From the NCBI GenBank assembly GCA_010093605.1, contig MU004188.1, positions 1,751,918-1,815,917 on the forward strand: 64,000 nucleotides of DNA, in the 5' to 3' direction. Both the position numbers and the translations under genes were made by a program. The DNA is from Lophium mytilinum. Lineage: Eukaryota. This document shows positions 46,830 to 60,300 of this stretch, piece by piece. The first letter of the stretch is position 1, and each line of letters starts with the position of its first letter. Under the pieces are notes generated by a model, which saw only the letters and a list, made by a program, of their open reading frames with translations, did no database searches and was not told where the DNA came from.

Positions 46830-47729
46830 GATGAAGGATGGACTAGGAGATGGAAGGAAGAATGGAGAGAGGTTTTGTGGAGGGTTTAAAGGTTGAGTGA
46901 TGTGGCGCCGTCGTCAGCAATGCTGGGCACCAGTGACGTTTGAGTTTGCGGCGGTGCGCCGATCAAATGTAGCGCGAGGTCAAAGACCAGGTTGATTGGT
47001 ATCGAAGGGCTGGAGACAGTATTCTGCTAAAAGTGTATTATGCGAGGCCGCACTGTTGAAGGAGGGAGAATGTTAGATTATAATCGAGTCTTAGTTCTAA
47101 GACAGTACACCACCACAAGGCTCTCAGGCTCACATGCCCCTCCAAAGTGCCCCTCCATCGGCTCCAGAGATGTATCCCAGTGATGGAGCTAACCCCTTTC
47201 GACAAGCGTCCAGCTGAAGCCTCAACCACCCTCTGCCTGGCTGGACCCGGCATTCTTCAGCGACGCATCTGGCTGTAGATCGATTGGGAACGACGGAGTA
47301 GTGAAGGGCATCTCCACACACTCGACGCTTCAGCCTCATGGTCCGCCCCCGTTACGATACACGGCACGTCCAAGGCAACAAGCTGAAGGCTAGCAAGGCA
47401 AGCCGGGTCATGCATCGGCCATTCGCCAGGCAAGCGTCAGCCTTCTGCGTATCCTCCAATCCCGACGGTGTGACGGCGACACTACAGGGCGGGATGGCGC
47501 AGCAGCACAACCTCCGCCCTCACCTGCAGGGGGGCACTGCTGCCTTCGCCTGCCTTTATCAACAAGACGCCTCCCGAACCACCTAAGTAGCCCTCTCTTA
47601 CTCTTTTTGCTTCCTTCATCATTCCCATCTTGTGCTTCAGCAACTTTTCTCAACATCAATTGAACACGAGGCGGCCCGATAAGCCAGGGCGTGTGAAGAT
47701 CTATCCTTCATCCCAGAGGGCAATTCATC

Positions 47730-50612
47730 ATGGCAGAGCAGGACCTATCCGGGCTGAATCGCGACATCGAGGCCCTGACTGTTGAGCCTACAGTTCAGTG
47801 CAACCTGTCGGGTGGTCCCCTGCGCCATCCAACAAGGCTGGACGACATCGTTGAGCATGAAAAGAAGGAGCTCAAGGAAGATGACGGCAAGCATGTGAAG
47901 AAGCAGGACGAGCGCGACGATGATGCATGCAGCTGCGGATCCTGGGATCAGGTCTCCGAAGCTGATGAAGATCTCGTCGTCGTCAGTCCCATCGACTACG
48001 AAGCTTTCTTTGGGTCGGCCGATCACGGGAATGTCGTGAAACTCGCTGAGCTTCTCGAGGCTGGAGCGAATATCGAGGAAGAGACGAATAGGGGCTGGAC
48101 TGCCCTCGTCATGGCTATCGTGCGAGGCCATATCGACATCGTAAGGCTGCTGCTCAGTAAGGGCGCTGATGTGAACCATCGTTCTTGCAGCCTACCACCC
48201 TTGGTCCACGCTACAGCCAAGGACTCCGATCTTGAAATTATGAAGTTACTTCTGGAACATGGTGCCAACCCCGAGTTCGTGTCTGGAAAGGAGCAGAAGA
48301 ACGCCCTCCATTGGGCCGCATCAGAAGGCGCCCTCGCAGCTATTGAGCTCCTCCTGAATCGTGGCATGGACATCGAAGCCAAGTCGAAACGAGGATGCAC
48401 TCCGCTGATTCTAGCAGCTGACTGTGGCCAAGCAAAAGCTGCCGAGCTCCTCATCCAGCGTGGTGCTGACCCGCTTGTGACAAGTGAGAATGGCGGCACT
48501 CCGCTGATCTGGGCAGCATGCCATAACCACGTTGACGCCGCCAGGGTTTCCCTGGGAGCCGTCCCAAATATCGATATTGATGCCGTCGATAAATTTGGGC
48601 ACTCAGCCCTCTTTCTCGCCGCCCATTTTGGCTCTCTGGAGGTAGTCGACTTCCTGGTCGAACACGGCGCAGATACGAGCATTAGACCCAAAGGCCTATC
48701 AATCATTCAAGTCGCCGCTACCGAGGGTCATGCAAAGGTTGTCCAGCGACTGATCGATTACGGTTGCGATGCGACGGCCACCTATAAGAGCAGCGACGCT
48801 CTACGTCTCGCAATATGCGAGAAACATTCAGACGTAATCCAGGTTCTCTTACAGCATTTGGGCGGCCAAGATTACCCGAAGGAGAGTGTTGCGCTCCAAT
48901 TCGCTTTGGCGGATGGTCATGCCATGGTCAAATCACTCGTGGCCACAACGTCTCTCTGCTACTCTCGCATGATGTTCCGCAAAACAGATCCTGGCAAGCA
49001 CGACTGGCTCGCATGGGTTCTTGGAGATGGAGGAGACTTGGTGGCACCGCTCGCAATGAACAAGATGTTACATTATGCGCTCGAGGAGTTTGATGAGGGG
49101 CTTCTCGAAGCTCTCATCGCTCATCGATGCGATCTGAACATTGAGCTCGAATCCAGTAGTACACCACTCTGCTACGCTATCCGCCACGGCAATATTCCAA
49201 TCGTAAAGATGATCCTTCAGTCAGGCGTCGATGTCAACACTTTTCACGGCGGCCAAGCCACCGCTCTCGACGAAGCCATCCTCTCTATGAAGGATGACAA
49301 AGACACTGAAATCGTTGATTTGCTTCTATCTCACGGTGCCTCTATCAATCGCGGCAAAGACCCCGGCCACACCGCCATTTCCGTCGTTCTCCTCCGCGAG
49401 GGCCCAAACTGGAATGACCTCGCCATTCGTATGCTCGATTCTGTTTCAGACGTAAACGCAGATCGGGACAGCATCAACAGCACGATCCTTCACGTCGCCG
49501 TTCTCCGCAATCGTATCGACCTGATTGAGTTACTTCTCGCCCGTGGTGCTGACCTAGAGGCTGTTGACGAGTTCGGAGTGACTCCTTTCCTACTCGCTGC
49601 TCAATTTGCTTTTCGCATGCTTCCCGTGCTTCAAGAACACGGTGCCAACATGAAGGCACTCTATCACGCATCAGCCGGTGCTCTGCACGCTGCTGCAGCC
49701 CAAGGCAACGTTTCCGCCCTATCCTTCCTTGTGTGCCAGCCTGAGCTGGACATCGAAGCCAAAACCGCAAAAGGCTACACACCTCTCGCATGTGCTTTAA
49801 CCTGGGCACAAGAACCAGGCGCTCTCTACCTCCTGTCTAAAGGCGCGAATGTCAACCTTAAAACAGCCAAAAATACGACCCCGCTCCACTTTGCCGCTAA
49901 ATATGATCTCGATGACGCCGTAAAGGAGCTGCTCTCCCGTGGCGCCGATATCTCGGCCGTCGATGAACAAGGCTGGACACCTCTTCATGAAGCCTGTGCC
50001 ATGGGATCTCGGGCTTGTGTTACGCTCCTGCTGACTGCGGGGTCGGACATAGAAGCCCAAGTACCAAACACAGACCGCCCGCTCCACATTGCTCTGATCA
50101 ACGAGCGGGAAAACGTAGCACTTGCTCTGCTAGAAGCCGGCGCTGATGTTAGCGTGCGTGCCAGCCGTGACCGTACGCCACTGCACATCGCAGCTGAGTA
50201 CTCATTAGCAGAGGCTGCGGAGCGATTGATAGAAATGGGTGTCGATACTGAGGCGCAGGACGAGGATACGTGGACTGCGTTGTGCTGTGCTGTCGGCACA
50301 GCTGTGATGCGGGTTCTAATCTCTCATGGCGCCAACGTGGACTATAAGGATAAAGATGGGTGGACGCCGCTGCAGCAGGCGGTTAGCAGTGGGCTAGTGA
50401 GGGAGGCGAGGTGTTTGCTGAGAAATGGGGCTGAGATGGAGTCGAGGACCACGGACGATGGGCTGACGGTTATGGAGAGAGCGCAAGATATGAAGGAGGG
50501 AGAGGGGGAGGATGCGGGCAAGAGAGAGGAGCTGCTTGAGATAATGAGTGCGGCAGAGGTGCAGAGGAAGGCGGATAAGGAAACGGCGTCAAGAATTAAG
50601 AGGTCTATCTGA
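47730..50612 (+). CDS. Intronless 960-aa ankyrin repeat protein
   Basis: Many G.TPLH.A...G....V..LL..GA repeats in two arrays; no NTPase or catalytic motif seen. Confidence 0.92.
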   Translation: MAEQDLSGLNRDIEALTVEPTVQCNLSGGPLRHPTRLDDIVEHEKKELKEDDGKHVKKQDERDDDACSCGSWDQVSEADEDLVVVSPIDYEAFFGSADHGNVVKLAELLEAGANIEEETNRGWTALVMAIVRGHIDIVRLLLSKGADVNHRSCSLPPLVHATAKDSDLEIMKLLLEHGANPEFVSGKEQKNALHWAASEGALAAIELLLNRGMDIEAKSKRGCTPLILAADCGQAKAAELLIQRGADPLVTSENGGTPLIWAACHNHVDAARVSLGAVPNIDIDAVDKFGHSALFLAAHFGSLEVVDFLVEHGADTSIRPKGLSIIQVAATEGHAKVVQRLIDYGCDATATYKSSDALRLAICEKHSDVIQVLLQHLGGQDYPKESVALQFALADGHAMVKSLVATTSLCYSRMMFRKTDPGKHDWLAWVLGDGGDLVAPLAMNKMLHYALEEFDEGLLEALIAHRCDLNIELESSSTPLCYAIRHGNIPIVKMILQSGVDVNTFHGGQATALDEAILSMKDDKDTEIVDLLLSHGASINRGKDPGHTAISVVLLREGPNWNDLAIRMLDSVSDVNADRDSINSTILHVAVLRNRIDLIELLLARGADLEAVDEFGVTPFLLAAQFAFRMLPVLQEHGANMKALYHASAGALHAAAAQGNVSALSFLVCQPELDIEAKTAKGYTPLACALTWAQEPGALYLLSKGANVNLKTAKNTTPLHFAAKYDLDDAVKELLSRGADISAVDEQGWTPLHEACAMGSRACVTLLLTAGSDIEAQVPNTDRPLHIALINERENVALALLEAGADVSVRASRDRTPLHIAAEYSLAEAAERLIEMGVDTEAQDEDTWTALCCAVGTAVMRVLISHGANVDYKDKDGWTPLQQAVSSGLVREARCLLRNGAEMESRTTDDGLTVMERAQDMKEGEGEDAGKREELLEIMSAAEVQRKADKETASRIKRSI

Positions 50613-51240
50613 ACATTGCAGGTAATGTAGCTAAGTTTCTACTGGTAATTCCGGCCTCTTTGACTTTTCTGAGTTGGATCTCTGGAGTTATCACTGGAGT
50701 TATATGCAGCGATTTGCGTCTTTCAGGTTGGACAGACGTACTCACGGCTCACGGCTTACTCTATTTATGATTGAATGAATACACACTTTACGGCAACGGA
50801 ACTCAGCCCATCTCTTGCTCCGCCGTGTAGTCTCCGTTCGCAATCGTCCAGGTACTCTGCAATAGGATCTATATGAGAACTGATCTAGACCTCTGGGTTC
50901 TCTGCCTGCATAGAGAAACGTATATACATGGATTCTAACAGCCTTTCGTCGACCAGAGGCCGACTAACGCAACCATGGACTCGCAAAGCCAGATTTGGAA
51001 TCAGCTTGATGAATCTCATTCACTGCCAAGACTCAGCCCTATCGCCTATCTACCCAGGCAAGCAAGGCTGAAGTCGCCCCCATTAAATCACCCCCACATT
51101 TTCCCTGCTCGTTTGCCCACACTCCACCCACCCGTGCCGCCACGGCGTCTCTCACCGCGTCTTCACCGCTTTCCAAAATCTGCCGCCCATCGCAGACCGC
51201 GTTCCCTCGTAGCGGCCCCGAGCTGCCTCAAGCTGTGGAA

Positions 51241-53985
51241 ATGGGCCGCAAGCCGAACCCGCTCATCCTCGAGTTCTTCAACCGCGGCGCGAAGCTTGAA
51301 GATGCCAGCAATCGCTACCAGCACACCTGCAAGGCTTGCGGGGAGAATGTATGCGCCGCATCGCCCTCGTATGAAGCTCGAGCTGACCGCACTGTAGTTT
51401 CCGAAAGGCCGCATAGATAGCCTCACGAACCACCTCGTCAAGAAATGCCCTGCCATAACTATGCGCGACCGCCGGCGCGCCATACTCCAATTCCACGAGC
51501 TGCCCGACGACGGCAACATGGCACCGACCACGACCTCTCCCAACCAGCACCAGGGCGGCCAGACCATGAACCTGCCCTTTGCACCGAAGCAGGGAGCAAT
51601 GTCAGCTCTGGAGACATTAGCTGAAGTCTCGAGGCAGCGTTTAGATATGACCGGCACACGGACACCCGACAAAGGCAGGCGGCAGTCTTCCCCGCGTGCC
51701 GTTGGAACACAGACTGGTAACTATATGGACGAGTTCATAGTTCAGGACGATAGACCCGAGGAGGCTGGCGGTATGGTGGAACGAAACGGTACGTGCTTAT
51801 GCCGCATTAGCTTTCTGCCTATGCAAATGACTCAATCGCATCCGCGGGACTTGCTGGTGGGATGCAAAGAAAATTTACAAAGTTTTTCATATTACAAAAG
51901 CAATTGCTTTGCTGTCTACAGCACCTCTGCAGCAAATCAACTAGCCTGAAGGAAAATTGTGTTTTCTCCCGTACTTGACCATAGCTAACGGGTTTTGTCG
52001 ATTAGATACTTCTGCCGCCCCCCCTCTGCCCTCTATATATCAATACGGCTCCCTTCACTCCCCTTCGGGCTCTCCTCATATCGGTGGGCTCCCAACGCCA
52101 CATACTTCCGGGTCGTTAGCAGCGCACCTTGTTCCTTCCCTCGTAATAACAGCTTCGGCTGCGAATGAGCTCTCAAACCTGCTGCCGCAGAATGGCCTGA
52201 CTATGGAACCTGAACTTGGTGTACCTAACGAAGGGATCACTGACAAGTACTTCCACAATACGCATGGTCGATCACCGTGGGCCAGTCTTCAGTCGAATTC
52301 AATCGACCCCATGCTTCAAGACAATGGCAGGGACCACTCTATGCCTCCAGAAGGGTTTGCGAGCAGAGCCCCCACATATCCTCGCCCAATTGCCATGAAT
52401 CCGAACACGACGCAGACACATTTCACGACAGACTTCAGCATGAACCAAAAGCCATCAAAACCCAAGGTCCGAGGAAGATTCACCGACTCGAGACGCAAAG
52501 AGGTTCAAGAGGTTAGGAAGCGGGGGGCTTGTATCCGTTGCCGAATGCTGAAAAAGCCGGTATGATGCTGTACGAAAATGAGTTTTACGCCAGCTAACAG
52601 TAAACAGTGCTCCGGAGAGAATCCCTGCAGCACATGTGTGAACGTAGAGAGTGCGCGATTGTGGAAACAGCCATGCATCAGGACTCGAATTGCGGACGAG
52701 TTCGATCTATACGTGGCAGGTTAGTCTTCTGAAACAGCTCGGGCGATGCAATCAGCTCTAACATGTAATAGGTCTTTATGGTGTCTTGTCATTCCATGCG
52801 GTCGGCCAGGCCAAGGGTCAGATCCATCTTGACCAAATCCCTGGCAGGATTGAGGCTACTCACTATATAGACACTGCTACGTTTGCGACCTTCAAACCCC
52901 TCAAGTGTCAACGATCACAGAGCTCCGCAATTGATCCAGCACTGTTAGGCAACGGAAGCGTGCCTCAATCTGATCCAACGAACCTTGAGATTGTAGACTC
53001 GGATAGCGACGACCTGTGTGGCAAGGTCGAACTTTACATCCGGAGACTAGCCCCCAAGTTTGCGGAGTCAGAGCCTTCCGCCTTCATGAGGCCGACCCTC
53101 GCTACAGCGTTTGCTATGAGCGCTGGAACAAATAAGGTTCAATCTCCGTCGTTTTCATACTCGAGGACGTCACTAACGCAGCGGCAGGATAATCTCCTTA
53201 GACGTGTACTCGAATTGTGGGTAGCGACTCGCATTCTGGTCGATCACTCACTAGAGTGGCACCTTTTTCTCAATCCATCGCACCCCCCTATGACAGTGCC
53301 TGCTATTCTAGGCCAATCTGACCTGGAATCAACCCTTCGCACACCGATAACGCGCGAAAACAATCGCGACTCTTACGATCTCATCAAAGGCCAATTGATG
53401 GGTGCTATCGAAAAGAGTGCAGCTGCCCTTAGCAAATTTGTTATGAACGATTTGGAGAGGCGTTTGTTGCAACGCCAGCAGGCCAACCCGTTCGAGACTT
53501 TTCTAGTTGCAGTTGTGCTTCTTGCTTGCGTTGAGCGCATGTGTTGGCTGTTCAAGACTTGGGAAGTAAACACGACTCGAAATGCCGACTTCTCAACCGA
53601 ATCAGCCACAGTGGACAGTGAGATTGCACAAGCGCTCCAAGGACCACGGCCAGACCTACCGACCCAATCGTTACGCGACGCGAAATGGCCTCTAGATAAG
53701 CCGCCAGCCTATTACAGCCAGCAAGGTGAGCGATTCAGCGACATCCTACATATGCTGCTGAAGATGCGTGGAGTCCCTCCCAAACTCACTACTCGCATTG
53801 AAGATGGGGTGTGGGTTGCTTGGGGCGAAGATCCTGATCCTACGACGAGGGAATGGTGCGAGACTGTTGCAATGACGTCCGATATCCTTGAAGAACGGCC
53901 CAACGCACGATTCACGGGTGTAGATCCTCAAGAATGGGAGCTGAAGTATATCAGCAAGATTATCAGGGCTGGTATTCAATCTTAG
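51241..53985 (+). CDS. Zn(II)2Cys6 transcription factor with N-terminal zinc-finger-like domain (about 6 exons)
   Basis: MGRKPNPLILEFF...HTCKACGE|FPKGRIDSLTNHLVKKCP; RRKEVQEVRKRGACIRCRMLKKP|CSGENPCSTC; introns 51349-51397, 51789-52006, 52560-52606, ~52720-52771, ~53136-53186. Confidence 0.88.
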
Positions 53986-54865
53986 GAGCTTGGGGGCCGT
54001 CTTATGGTAGTCGCGACGAGACAAATGATTTATGGCGTTACAGAATAAGGACAATAGGCGGCAAAACAGTACTTCATGGAGTTCGGACCGTGATGGGAGA
54101 CTAGCTTCTCTCTCATGGGTAATAGCGGCGGATCACTTGAATTACAAGATACCAAGGGACTACAATCATGGGGGAGCACTTTTGTTTTCATTGTATCTGG
54201 CGTTCAAAATTCAATGTCATGGGACGAGGCGATGGCATTATCATCAGATAGACGGCAGATGTATTATGCTATTACGAAGCATCCTTTCTTAGCTCAGTAT
54301 CTAGGTACAAAAGTAACCTTAAGGTCTGTCGAGCTAGAGAAGGATTTGGGGAGACTACGGCAATACTAGTAAGCACGTCAGACGCTCTGTTTATTGGAGT
54401 GAGGAAGACACCAATACAATAAGGAGAGATTACCCTAAATCACAACCTTAGTGCTTTTAACAAGGTACCACATGACCTACACATTCTGTATGGATTGTAT
54501 GAAAGTGACTTTTACCGTTTAATATATGATTTTCTCGAGCTCACTTCTGACAGCTACGTGCCTACTATGAGTTAAGCATAAATAAAGTAGCGCGATTCCT
54601 AACCACTCTATCTTGTACCTAACTATGTACATATATCTGTTTATAACTGCTTGACGTGCTTGCTCTAGTTTCCAGATAGCTAAAAGTGAAGAGCTTCTAT
54701 CTGGACTGCAGCAACACCCCAAGCAGTAGCATACACGTGTTGTACACACTTATGTCAAGCGCTATAGTTTTGAGGCCTCGCAAGCTGGAGAATGCTATAC
54801 AATGGACGGCGGAATTCTACCAGAGACGATAAGTACAACACGTATAGGTCAGACATTAAGAAGAA

Positions 54866-55814
54866 CTACGCGCTCTTCGACGCAGTACCCTTCACAACAC
54901 CCTTCGTCCCACCCTTCCGCGCCAGCTCTTCCGCCCTCGCCAACTCCGTCTCCTTCTCCACAATATCCGCCATCAAATCAGCTAGCCTGGTCGCTTCCTC
55001 TTTCTTCTCCTCCGACTTTCTCAATATCTCCCTCAACGCAACATGATGCTCCTCCGCCCAACTCGGCTCACTCTCATCCGCCCTCGCCCGTCCCATTACC
55101 AACCGATCCCACGCATCCTCCTGCTGCGCCAACGGCAGCCAGTAATTCGAGTGCACAACCCTGTCCTCGAACCGTTTGATCTTATCCTCCAGCTTCTGCC
55201 TTATAATCCGGCTCAGATTCCTCGGCTGCGGCTTTGTGAAGCGGAGGAACGGGACGCCCGTCGCAGAGGCCAGCTTCGGTATGCCCCGGCGTCCGGAGAC
55301 GGTGGGGCGCGGGCGCTCTTCGAGTGCTTTGAATCCTGGCGGGAGACAATCCAAGATGTGGGGTTTTCGGTCTTCTTTGGGTATTTTGACGGGTGCTTTC
55401 CTCTCGCGCACGAGGTTGTTGGGGAGCTCGGCGACTAGGGATTCGAGGGTTTTGGTACTGTCTGCGTCGCCCGCGACGGCGGCGTCGAGGAGGTCGATTG
55501 CCTAGGGCAGAGGTTAGGGATGAGCGCAAGGGGGGGAGGTGGGTTGACGGACTTCATAGCCGGCGCGGAAGGCTATTTCGAGCAGCCTGGGGCTTTGGAG
55601 CACTCGGTTGTCTCTGAAGCGGTTTCGGATGGCGTTGCGAAGGGGCGATTGGATTTCATGGGCTATTGGGGCTGCGGCGCATTGTGACAGCAGAGCACGG
55701 TAAAGGGCAATTGCTGCGTGTAGTTTATTAGCGGCTGCTTTTGGAGGTTGTTTATAGGCTCGTACCCGCTATTCTATGCGTCGGATCCCTTTTTGGGATC
55801 AGATTGGGCGGCAT
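54866..55814 (-). CDS. LYR-motif (Complex1_LYR-like) mitochondrial protein, 3 exons
   Basis: MPPNLIPKRDPTHRIA|AIALYRALLSQC...IRNRFRDNR...AFRAGYE|AIDLLD...RGIPKLASATGVPFLRFTKPQP. Confidence 0.78.
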
Positions 55815-56285
55815 GCATGGGTTCGTGACGTTTTTGCGTTTCTTACAGGCGGAGATGAGCTCGGTGTTGTATAAAGCCTGCTGACTAAGCAGCATATAAA
55901 GTGCCCCTCTCTCTCTTCGACTATGAGATGATATATAGGCTTTCCTTTAAGGCCAAGGTTCCTATGCTAATTGCATCGATAGCTCCTTGGGCAGGTATCA
56001 CTGATTTGGGAAATTAGGCCGAAAAAACCCATCATTCCCAACACATTGCGATCCGGAGTAATATAGGTGCAATTGATTAACTTCCTAGAGAGTACCTAAG
56101 CTCATGAAAGACTGCAGAGTCCGTAACACCATACCAATGCTATCATATAGGCTCCGTAATGTCCAAAGCACGCTACATACAGTCATTCTGAGTCGTTGTC
56201 CACCACGCATGAGTCTTGGAAGCCTATGATTTCTCTGATTGCTTTCCGCAACGACTTCTGAGTATTGTGATGTTCCTTTATCATC

Positions 56286-56914
56286 TCAATCATATGTAGC
56301 CCCCTCAGCCGGCTGTGGGAGCTTCTTGTGCTGGGGCAACGCCATGTACCTGCAAATGTATAAGCCACGTCACTACTTAGCCGCAATTATAATGCTTACC
56401 TCCTAAGCTCGATGAGAATAGTCTCCATGGTGAACTCGCGCTTCCACTGCACCAGGCACGGTAGCTTTGAGGCATCGACCTGCGTGAACTCTCAGCGTAT
56501 GTCCGTCTTCATACCAATAATAGCTTATACCTTTCCGTTCCTCTGGTCTACGCAAGGAAGGTTGATCTTCGAGGTGAAAGAGATCTCTGGGGGGACGTCG
56601 GGATACTGGGGGCCGCAGTGGATCTTGAGGCTGTAGATGCGGTTCTCATGGACACTCTGCTCCAACCATTAGTATTCAACAGTATCAAAAGAGGTACCCG
56701 AGAAATACTGACGTGAGGCGGTCCTAAAATGGTACCGTTCCAGTCCGACATGAGCAAGTCGTCGCCGTTGTCGAGACCATATGAGCACGCCTCTAAGTCG
56801 CATTAGATGGGGTCGCGCAACAGCCTCTGTGACAAGCTCACCTGCTCCTAAACCCTTCTCTCCCTTCTCCAGCTCCTCCAGTAGCCTAAAATTTCTCGGT
56901 ACCGTAGCACTCAT
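56286..56914 (-). CDS. MMS2: Ubiquitin-conjugating enzyme variant Mms2/Uev1 (5 exons)
   Basis: MSATVPRNFRLLEELEKGEKGLGA|EACSYGL...WNGTILGPPH|SVHENRIYSLKIHCGPQYPD...|VDASKLPCL...IELRR|YMALPQHKKLPQPAEGATYD. Confidence 0.95.
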
Positions 56915-57320
56915 CTTGTAGGCTGGTCTAAGAAGTGCAACAAACAATCTGTATGCCTCACTTCGAGATTGGAGGGGTGTCGAGAAGGAGAAGAGAGTAT
57001 AGATCTCCAGCGCTGCCAGAGTTAGTTGAGGACGAAGATAAGGGCACTTTGACGGTATAGACAAGGCTTCCCCAGAGTCTTGAGTGAAAGGGCGCAGTGA
57101 CGGAGGTGAACGAAGGCAGACAGCGGCGAGATAGCCGTGCTGGCGGCGGGAGTCTTGGCAGCGGCGCTCGTCCCGCCTCCATCGAATACACGCGTTTGAC
57201 AAAGGCCACGAGACAACTCTTATACCCCAAGCTGTTGCTCGGCCGTCCCTTGATTGCTGCAACCCTCATGGGCCGCCTGTTTTCTATACCGGATGTGAAT
57301 GAGCATATTCAAATTCGAGC

Positions 57321-60300
57321 ATGACGGCACAGATCCTCAGCTCGGAACTTGCAAACCTCATCCAGGATTCAAAGCGAAAGAATACCGAGTTGAGAAATGT
57401 AAGTAAAATTCGATATGGAATCGATCTTGGTGTGCATAAGGAGCTAATTTTGGGAACAGGTCTCAGAAAAGGCTCTCCAAGACCTCAAAGCTCTTCCAGC
57501 CACTTCAGAAACCCAACTTGCAGCAGGTTAGCTAGAGTTCGTGAATCCCTTGACTACGCTCTACCTGCTGACCATCGGAAGACTTGAGTAGAAGACCGCA
57601 GTTCATCTCGCCGTTTCTGTTGGCTTGTGGCACCCACAATGCGAAGTTCGCAGCCTATGGGGTTACATGCCTCCAGAGACTCGCTGTATCCCGAGCGCTG
57701 CCTAAAGAGAGGCTACGTGAGGTTTTGGAAGCCTTCAAAGACTGCAGTCCACTAGGTACTAATCTTCCCCAGGACCGTATGCCATTGCTAACTTTCTATA
57801 GGTCTCGACATCCAATTGAAGATACTGCAAGCACTTCCGTCCTTGCTTCAGAACTACTCCAATGAGCTCAGGGGAGAGTTACTCTCTCTTTCCTTGCAAG
57901 TATGCTCCTTTTTGCAGACCGTCAAGAATCCAGCAGTGAGCAATACCGCCGCTGCGACACTGCAGCAACTTGTGATCTCTGTCTTCGACAAAGTAGCTTC
58001 GGAAGATGGTAGGGCGTATTCGAATATTCAACTTACTAGAGCACATCGCTAAAATGCTTGAAAGACAGATCTCTTGAGATTCCAACAGTCACCGAAGTCC
58101 CAGCAGGTGATACTTCCACGCCGGTGCGACCAGCAGCATATGATGCATATAAGGTACAACTTCATTTACTTATACTTAAAGCTTGCTAACGAAAGCAGAT
58201 GTTCCGCGATCTTTGTCTCGTTACAGAAGGTGGCAAAGCTGAGTTCATACGATTCTCTTCGCTATCACAGGCATCCGGATTGGAACTCATTGAATCGGTC
58301 CTTACCAACCATGGCAATATCTTCTCCAGCCATCCGGAGCAAGGCCACACTCTGAGGTCCTTACTAATGCCTTTTATCATTCGATCTCTGTCTGATCGTC
58401 TTACGTTCCCTATAACATTGCGCGTCATTCGCATACTTTACGTTTTGATCCGAAGTCACTTAGCGGTGATGCCATCAGAATGCGAGATTGCCTTAGGGCT
58501 GTTGAACCATATGCTAGATCCCGAAGCATCGCCTCCATGGAAGCGCGCCCTTTGCATGGAAGTGTTTCGCGGGCTATACTCGGACCCCAATCTGATCCTT
58601 CAAATCTACGGAGAATACGACGAATCGGATGGCAAAAAGCTCATTCTACGCGACAATCTCGCTGCCTTTGTTCGCTTGTCGACCGAAAAGCCAGCGGCGA
58701 TAGGTCTGGGTCACCACTCGATAGCACCAGTCAGCCATAATAATAAAGACGCACAAGCTGATCAAGCGGTCGTCGAGAGCGCTATTGCGGGCGTCATTGG
58801 AGGCCCGAGCAACAACAACACCGCTCCTACTGGCATTGGTATAAGCGTTCAATGGAGCTCAATACGCACCCCTTGTTTAGATAACCTCGATAAATCTGAG
58901 GCTCCGAACCTTCCCGAGACGTATATATACAGCTTAGTGTTGACTTGTATCAACAACCTATCAGAAAGCTTGGCCAAGTTCATACTTCCGCTAACAGTGC
59001 ACGCCGAAGGCAAAACCAAAAAGAAGGTCAAAGCACAAGAGGCTTCTACGCAAGACGATGATTCTCCTGCTCTTTCCGGGCTCTCGAGGACGCAGTCGTA
59101 CCGCAAAAGGACCGTCCCAATCAACCCTTTAGATCTGGAGAAGCATTCGGCGTACACTCGAATCAAAACAGCAGCCGATCTAATAAACGAATGCTGGCCC
59201 GCTGTACTCGCTACCTGCTCCACTTTTCTCCACGCAGCACTAGATACAGACTACTACCGGGCATTGGTTCGATCTATCCAGAAATTCACACAAGTTGCTG
59301 GTCTTTTGAGATTATCAACCCCAAGAGATGCATTCCTGACCACGCTCGGGAAAGCTGCGGTACCATCCCATGTGCTAACCGCGAACTTGACTTCGCCCAA
59401 GACACCCGCACTAGAAAGTCCAAGCATCTTCTCCAATCCAAAAGGACTACTCAGTGTTGATAGTTTCGTCAGCCAGAGTTCCACATTGTCTCAAGACAGG
59501 TCCAGGGGTGCTTCAATGGACACCATGAACCCTCAGTTGACCACGAGGAACCTGCTATGTCTAAGAGCCCTGCTGAATCTTGCCATCGCTCTGGGCCCTA
59601 CTCTCAGAGATTCGTGGTCCATTGTGTTTGAAACATTGCAACAGGCAGATATAGTTATGGCTGCATCGAATACCAAAGGTGGTGTTCGGAATGATGGCGA
59701 GATATCTGCGCAAAGTCTTGGCTCAGAGATCGCTGCTGTTCAATCTGCTGCATCTAGGTTGTTCGAAAGTACTGCCGACTATCCAAATGATGCCTTCGTC
59801 TACGTCCTGGATTCTCTTTGCAGTCTCCTCCACGGAAAGTCTCTGCCTGCAAGCACACCAAGGGCACGCGGTGGATCGTTCGGGGCCCCTGTTAGTCAAA
59901 GAAGAGTTGGAAGCGTATCTGGAATATCTCTGAACACTGAGTCCGACGCTCGAGATTATGTCTTTGCCCTCAACAAGATCGCTGACCTCGTCGTACTAAA
60001 CGAATCGCGACTGGCCCATTACCAGGCGACTGAGAGTGGCTGGGAAATATTCATAAAGGAGCTTGTTTCAACATGCATCAACCGAAACATCGCTAGTTCT
60101 GCTCGACTCCTTGCTGCTGATATAATTGCGAGGACAGTGAAAGACATTGCGGGCCTCTCATTGGCGGAATCAGAAGGGCAAAGCAGCGATGTTCAGGATA
60201 GGCTGTTATCTGCTCTACAGTACCAAATCTCGGCACTCTATGAAGACCAGGCAGAAAACGAGGATTTTATCGATGAGACCGATGTCGAAGTCCATCACAT

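Noticed and set aside
47730..50612. NLR (NACHT/NB-ARC-ANK) call or bacterial horizontal transfer
   Set aside because: No Walker A/B motif seen; lack of introns alone is not evidence of transfer.
54300..54760. Old RIPed transposon relic
   Set aside because: Only mildly AT-rich, with no termini or coding motifs; consistent with a terminator region between convergent genes.
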